DNA of 64,000 nucleotides from an uncultured Acidobacteriota bacterium. GTDB taxonomy: Bacteria; Acidobacteriota; Terriglobia; Terriglobales; Acidobacteriaceae. The DNA lies in assembly GCA_963745435.1 (NCBI GenBank), contig CAVUXK010000026.1:111739-175738 (forward strand), in the 5' to 3' direction. The notes beneath the pieces were generated by a model that searched no databases, was not told the DNA's origin, and saw only the letters and a program-made list of their open reading frames with translations. Below are positions 60,401 to 64,000 of the stretch, piece by piece; within the stretch, counting starts at the first letter, position 1; each line of letters starts with the position of its first letter. A program made the position numbers and the translations under genes.

Positions 60401-61326
60401 TCCTGTGCTCGCCGATGCCCTCAATTCCACGCTCTCCGGCCACCCGGTCGATAACCTCGATCTGCAAGTCCTGCGCGGCGACGGCCGGGTCGGCCAGTTC
60501 TCCGTGAACCTCAGCCCCATGCGCGACGAGCAGGGCATCGTCACCAGCATCGTGGTCGTGATGACCGACATCACCGACTCCGCCATGCTGCAGTCGAAAC
60601 TCATTCACGCCGAAAAGATGGCCGCTGTCGGTCAACTCGTCTCCGGCGTCGCCCACGAAGTCAACAATCCGCTGACCGCCATCCTCGGCTTCGCCGACCT
60701 GCTCATCGAGAACGCGGAGACTGCCCGAGGCTGCCCGCAAAGACCTGCGCGTCATCCTGCAGGAAGCGCAACGCACCAAGCAGATCGTGCAGAACCTGCT
60801 CAGCTTCGCGCGCCAGATGCCACCGCAGCGCAAGCCCGTCCAGCTCAACGGAATTTTGCGCCGCACCATCCAGCTGCGCGCCTACGACTTCAACAGCCAC
60901 GGCGTCGAGATCGTCGAGCACCTCGATGAAAGCCTGCCCCAGGTGGTGGGAGATTCCCACCAGCTGCAGCAGGTTTTTCTTAACATCATGAACAACGCCT
61001 ACGACGCGGTGCGGGAGACTGGTCGCCCCGCGCGCATCGAAATCATGACCGCCAGCCTCGGCAACCATGTCGAGGTGTCGTTCCGCGACAACGGTCATGG
61101 CATCACTCACCCCGATCGCATCTTCGATCCATTCTTCACCACCAAAGAAGTGGGGAAGGGAACTGGCCTGGGCCTGAGCATCTGCTACGGCATCGTGCGC
61201 GAACATGGCGGCGAAATCCTGTGCCACAACAATTCTGGAACCCAGGGCGCGACGTTCATCGTTCGCTTGCCCGGCCTTTCTGAGTCGGCCTCCAAAGGTG
61301 TGGCCGCGGGAGTTCTACAACGATGA
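57477..61326 (+). pseudogene. Soluble multi-sensor histidine kinase (4 GAF + 3 PAS + HisKA + HATPase_c, ~1280 aa); 4 indels
   Basis: The frames join as 57477..~58825, ~58825..~59170, ~59170..~59385, ~59385..~60715 and ~60715..61326. H-box SGVAHEVNNPLTAILGFADLL, N-box NIMNNAYDA, G-boxes DNGHGI and GTGLGLSICYGIV. No TM segment seen. Confidence 0.85.
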
Positions 61327-61724
61327 GTCTGCCAGCAATGAAGCCTGAACCCTTGCCCATCCTTCTTATCGAAGACGAGCCGGCCGTCATGGCTTACGTC
61401 TCGGCCACGCTCGAGCGCAGCGGCTATCAGGTCGTCAGCGCAAAGTCGGGCGCGGAGGGCTTGCAAATGCTTGAGTCGGGAGAATTCCTCGGAGTCGTCT
61501 CCGACATGGTGACGCCCGGGGGCGTCAATGGTGCCGATGTGCACGCCTGGATCGCGACTCATCGGCCCGAACTAGCCTCGAGGCTCGTCTTCATCACCGG
61601 CGACATCGCCAACGAGCAAACCGTCGAAACGCTGCGCCGCACGGGCGCTCCCTGCGTGGAGAAGCCCTTTCGCGTCCAGCAATTTATCTCGGTCGTAGAA
61701 AAGACCATGGGGAAAGCGCTGTGA
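61323..61724 (+). CDS. Single-domain (CheY-like) response regulator
   Basis: 133 aa: ILLIEDEP..VVSDMVTPGG..FITGD..EKPF. Its start overlaps the kinase stop (ATGA). Confidence 0.85.
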   Translation: MSLPAMKPEPLPILLIEDEPAVMAYVSATLERSGYQVVSAKSGAEGLQMLESGEFLGVVSDMVTPGGVNGADVHAWIATHRPELASRLVFITGDIANEQTVETLRRTGAPCVEKPFRVQQFISVVEKTMGKAL

Positions 61725-63127
61725 GTGAAGACCTTCGGATCCGGTTGTTGATTGTCGATGACGAGCAAAGCATTCGCCGCTTGTGCGTCACCGTGGGAGA
61801 GGCCCTGGGATTTGTCTGTCTGGAGGCGGCCAGTGGCGAAACCGCTCTCGCCCTGCTCGAAGAGCAACCCGCCCACATGATCCTCACCGATATGGTCATG
61901 CCGCACATGTCGGGCCTGGAGTTTCTGGAGAAAGTGAAGAAGCTGTTGCCGCGCACGGAAATCGCCGTCATGACCGGCCACGGCTCGGTCGAAACCGCCG
62001 TCCAGGCCATGAAGCTCGGCGCCTACGACTACATCGCGAAGCCCTTCTCCCCGCTGGAAGAATTGCGCCTGTTCCTCCGCCGCATGGCCGAAAAAGTCCG
62101 TCTCGTCGAAGAAAACCAGTTCCTGCGCGATCGCATGGACACCGAGACCCAGCTGCACGGCATCGTCGGCTCCTCTGCGAAGATTCAGGACGTTCTGCGC
62201 ATGGTCTCGCGTCTGAAAGACACGCGCACACCCGTGCTCATCACCGGCGAGAGCGGCACTGGAAAAGAACTGGTCGCCCGCGCCATCCACTTCCGCGGGT
62301 CATTCGCGAACCGCCCCTTCGTCGCCGTCGATTGCGGCTCGCTGGTTCCCACGCTCATCGAAAGCGAACTCTTCGGCTACGAAAAAGGCGCCTTTACCGG
62401 AGCCCTGAAGGCGAGAACCGGCCTGTTCCAGTCCGCTGACGGCGGCACCATCTTCCTCGACGAAATCGGCGAACTCCCGCTCGAGATGCAAGCCAAGCTC
62501 CTGCGCGTCCTGCAGGAGAAAGAAGTCCGCCCCGTCGGCAGCAACCAGCGCACCCGCGTCGACGTGCGCGTCATCGCCGCCACCAATCGCGATCTCGAAC
62601 AGGAATATCGCGCCGGCACTTTCCGCAAAGACCTCTACTTCCGCTTGAACGTTGTCACCGTCCATGTTCCAGCGCTCCGCGAGCGCCGCTCCGACATCCC
62701 GATGCTCGCCCACTGGTTCCTCGAGCGTTGCGTCCCCGGACGCAGCGTCCAGGTCACCAACGCGGCCATGAAATCCCTGCTCCAATACGACTGGCCAGGC
62801 AATGTGCGCGAACTGGAAAATTGCGTCGAGCGCGCTGTCGCCCTCGGCAACCAGCAGACCCTCGACGTCGACGACCTGCCCCCGGCAATCGCCTCCACTT
62901 CTCAGCCGCAGGAACGCGACACCGGCGGCCCCGGCCCCGGCCTCTCCACCACCGACCTCGAAGACATCGAGCGCACCACCATCGAGCGCGTCTTCGAACA
63001 AGTAAAAGGAGACAAAGCGCTAGCCGGAAAAATGCTCGGCATCAGCCGCGCCACGCTCTATCGCAAACTAAAGCGCTACAACATCGGCGCCCGCCAGCAC
63101 GCCATCTCAAGCCAAGCCCTTCAGTAA
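61721..63127 (+). CDS. NtrC-family sigma-54-dependent response regulator (REC + AAA+ with GAFTGA + Fis HTH)
   Basis: Intact 468 aa. REC domain [19 protein letters not shown]+ domain [38 protein letters not shown] domain [15 protein letters not shown]. The GTG start overlaps the upstream stop (GTGA). Confidence 0.9.
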   Translation: MSEDLRIRLLIVDDEQSIRRLCVTVGEALGFVCLEAASGETALALLEEQPAHMILTDMVMPHMSGLEFLEKVKKLLPRTEIAVMTGHGSVETAVQAMKLGAYDYIAKPFSPLEELRLFLRRMAEKVRLVEENQFLRDRMDTETQLHGIVGSSAKIQDVLRMVSRLKDTRTPVLITGESGTGKELVARAIHFRGSFANRPFVAVDCGSLVPTLIESELFGYEKGAFTGALKARTGLFQSADGGTIFLDEIGELPLEMQAKLLRVLQEKEVRPVGSNQRTRVDVRVIAATNRDLEQEYRAGTFRKDLYFRLNVVTVHVPALRERRSDIPMLAHWFLERCVPGRSVQVTNAAMKSLLQYDWPGNVRELENCVERAVALGNQQTLDVDDLPPAIASTSQPQERDTGGPGPGLSTTDLEDIERTTIERVFEQVKGDKALAGKMLGISRATLYRKLKRYNIGARQHAISSQALQ

Positions 63128-63142
63128 GAAGTGAACGAACTG

Positions 63143-63174
63143 AACGATGGAGCGACGGGCGTCCCCGCCCGTCG
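63143..63174. repeat. REP-like hairpin, family A
   Basis: aacgatggagCGACGGGCGtcccCGCCCGTCG, 16 nt after the NtrC-like stop. The core is identical to 18505..18534 apart from one loop base. Confidence 0.8.
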
Positions 63175-63612
63175 TGCGGACGGAATCCCTGCTTCCGGGG
63201 AAAAAATCCATCGATAACAGCGGTCCAATCTTAGAAAATTGTGAGACAGCAGTCTCATCCTGAGACAAGATCGCTGATCTGGACCTCCATCCCTTCATCG
63301 GCCCCCACTCCCTCAATCTTCTTTTCAGCCACTTACGTCCGAGTACTTCCGGTTTTTGCTTTGGTTTTCCCCGTGCATATACAGAGGCCGTAGCAAGCGG
63401 ACCCGATAGGCTCCCATAAGAACTCTTTCAAACCGGGAAGAGGGGAGCCCGTGACCGCCCTTCGAGGTTGACCTTGGGAAAACGAGCCCATGTCGTCGAT
63501 TCTTCCACGCTCTTTGTCGTGGTGGCGCGCCTGGCCCGATTCGCTGCATCACAGTCCTCCCCTTCGATTTCATTTGCACCCAACCTCCCCCAACTGACCG
63601 GACTTCAAAATC

Positions 63613-64000
63613 ATGACTGACCTCAGCCAACTCACTGCCGAGTGGAACGCCGCTCGCATCCTCTATCCGACTTACTCCGCGCTGGCGCGTGAGTTTGTCA
63701 TCGACCTCACTCCGTGCAACGACCTCGAAACCAGCGTCGACCAGCCGCCCCAGGAGTCTGTCGAGCAGGCCCGGCAGTGGCTGGATGATATGGATGAGCG
63801 CATCCAGATTCACCAGCTCCGCCAGTTCCTGCAGACTACGACGCTCGTCACCCCGCAACTGTTGCAGACCATGCTGCTGCACCACCTGCACAAAGACGAG
63901 AAGTCGCCTTCGGATCGCGACAAGATCGATTTCCTGATCGTCCAGCTGTTCTCCCTGGCTGCACCGTCGCGCCTGGAAGACAGCTCGGTCACGATCGCGT
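63613..64000 (+). CDS. Hypothetical protein, N-terminal 129 codons (runs off window)
   Basis: Open frame from ATG 63613: MTDLSQLTAEWNAARILYPTYSALAREFVIDL..DKIDFLIVQLFSLAAPSRLEDSS. The ORF track shows no stop in this frame before the window edge. No family recognised. Confidence 0.45.
   Translation, partial: MTDLSQLTAEWNAARILYPTYSALAREFVIDLTPCNDLETSVDQPPQESVEQARQWLDDMDERIQIHQLRQFLQTTTLVTPQLLQTMLLHHLHKDEKSPSDRDKIDFLIVQLFSLAAPSRLEDSSVTIA

Noticed and set aside
2143-61326. Programmed ribosomal frameshifting or transcriptional slippage as the explanation for the many broken genes
   Set aside because: Apart from prfB, none of the break points I reconstructed (2742, 11835, 14341, 45449) shows a slippery heptamer, a stimulatory SD or a downstream structure. 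The gene families involved are not known to use recoding.
63532-63548. Sigma-54-like motif CTGGCCCGATTCGCTGCA upstream of the last (hypothetical) gene
   Set aside because: The GG-to-GC spacing is one nucleotide too long, and the -24 box is TGGCCC rather than TGGCAC. An indel error could be hiding a real site, but as written it does not fit.
1-64000. Mobile element, prophage or defence island
   Set aside because: I found no integrase, transposase, phage structural, restriction-modification, toxin-antitoxin or Cas-like ORFs. There is no tRNA attachment site, and no large-scale compositional break apart from the short AT-rich repeat at 46.2-46.5 kb.

Overview
64-kb, roughly 60% GC chromosomal segment. 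Gene content and repeat style look acidobacterial (Terriglobia-like): a TonB-dependent receptor with a CarboxypepD_reg N-terminus, an S53 sedolisin, and many GC-rich REP hairpins. That taxonomic call is inference only. I found no rRNA, tRNA, CRISPR array, transposase, integrase or recognisable defence genes.

Content by region:
- (1) 1-22.5 kb: a utilisation island for polyamines or omega/beta-amino compounds. It holds a Tat-exported flavin amine oxidase, a PotDABC-type importer, a secreted amidohydrolase, a MerR+XRE+cupin regulator and a TonB-dependent receptor. It also holds three class-III aminotransferases, two aldehyde dehydrogenases including an MmsA-type enzyme, an APC permease, a secreted hydrolase and a secreted DmpA/BapA-type aminopeptidase.
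- (2) 22.5-40 kb: small hypothetical genes and housekeeping genes. These are lpxL-like, lpxD, a MobB-like gene, lnt, prfB (with its canonical programmed +1 frameshift), an HD hydrolase, a GAF-PP2C phosphatase, rarA, a TrmH-like gene, tsaC and a DUF218 gene.
- (3) 40-48.5 kb: a DinB-like gene, the S53 peptidase, a cyclase-family protein, a DUF92 gene, an orphan ku and a YVTN beta-propeller lipoprotein.
- (4) 48.9-63.1 kb: a minus-strand chemosensory operon (TonB_C protein, MCP, cheW, cheR, cheA, cheB, cheY, cheX-like) behind a perfect sigma-54 promoter. It faces a divergent operon for a giant soluble 4xGAF/3xPAS histidine kinase, a single-domain response regulator and an NtrC-type sigma-54 activator.

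Two window-wide properties stand out:
- (a) About 40 single-base indels interrupt about 19 otherwise recognisable genes. They are unevenly distributed, with cheA and the TonB receptor hit hardest. I cannot tell assembly error from genuine decay using the sequence alone.
- (b) Intergenic DNA is packed with short repeats. There are heptanucleotide tandem arrays at seven or more loci, an AT-rich 16-18-bp TTCGAA-core array, an octamer array and several REP-like hairpin families.

The most system-like candidates are the sigma-54/EBP-wired chemosensory module and the outer-membrane-to-cytoplasm nitrogen-compound utilisation island.
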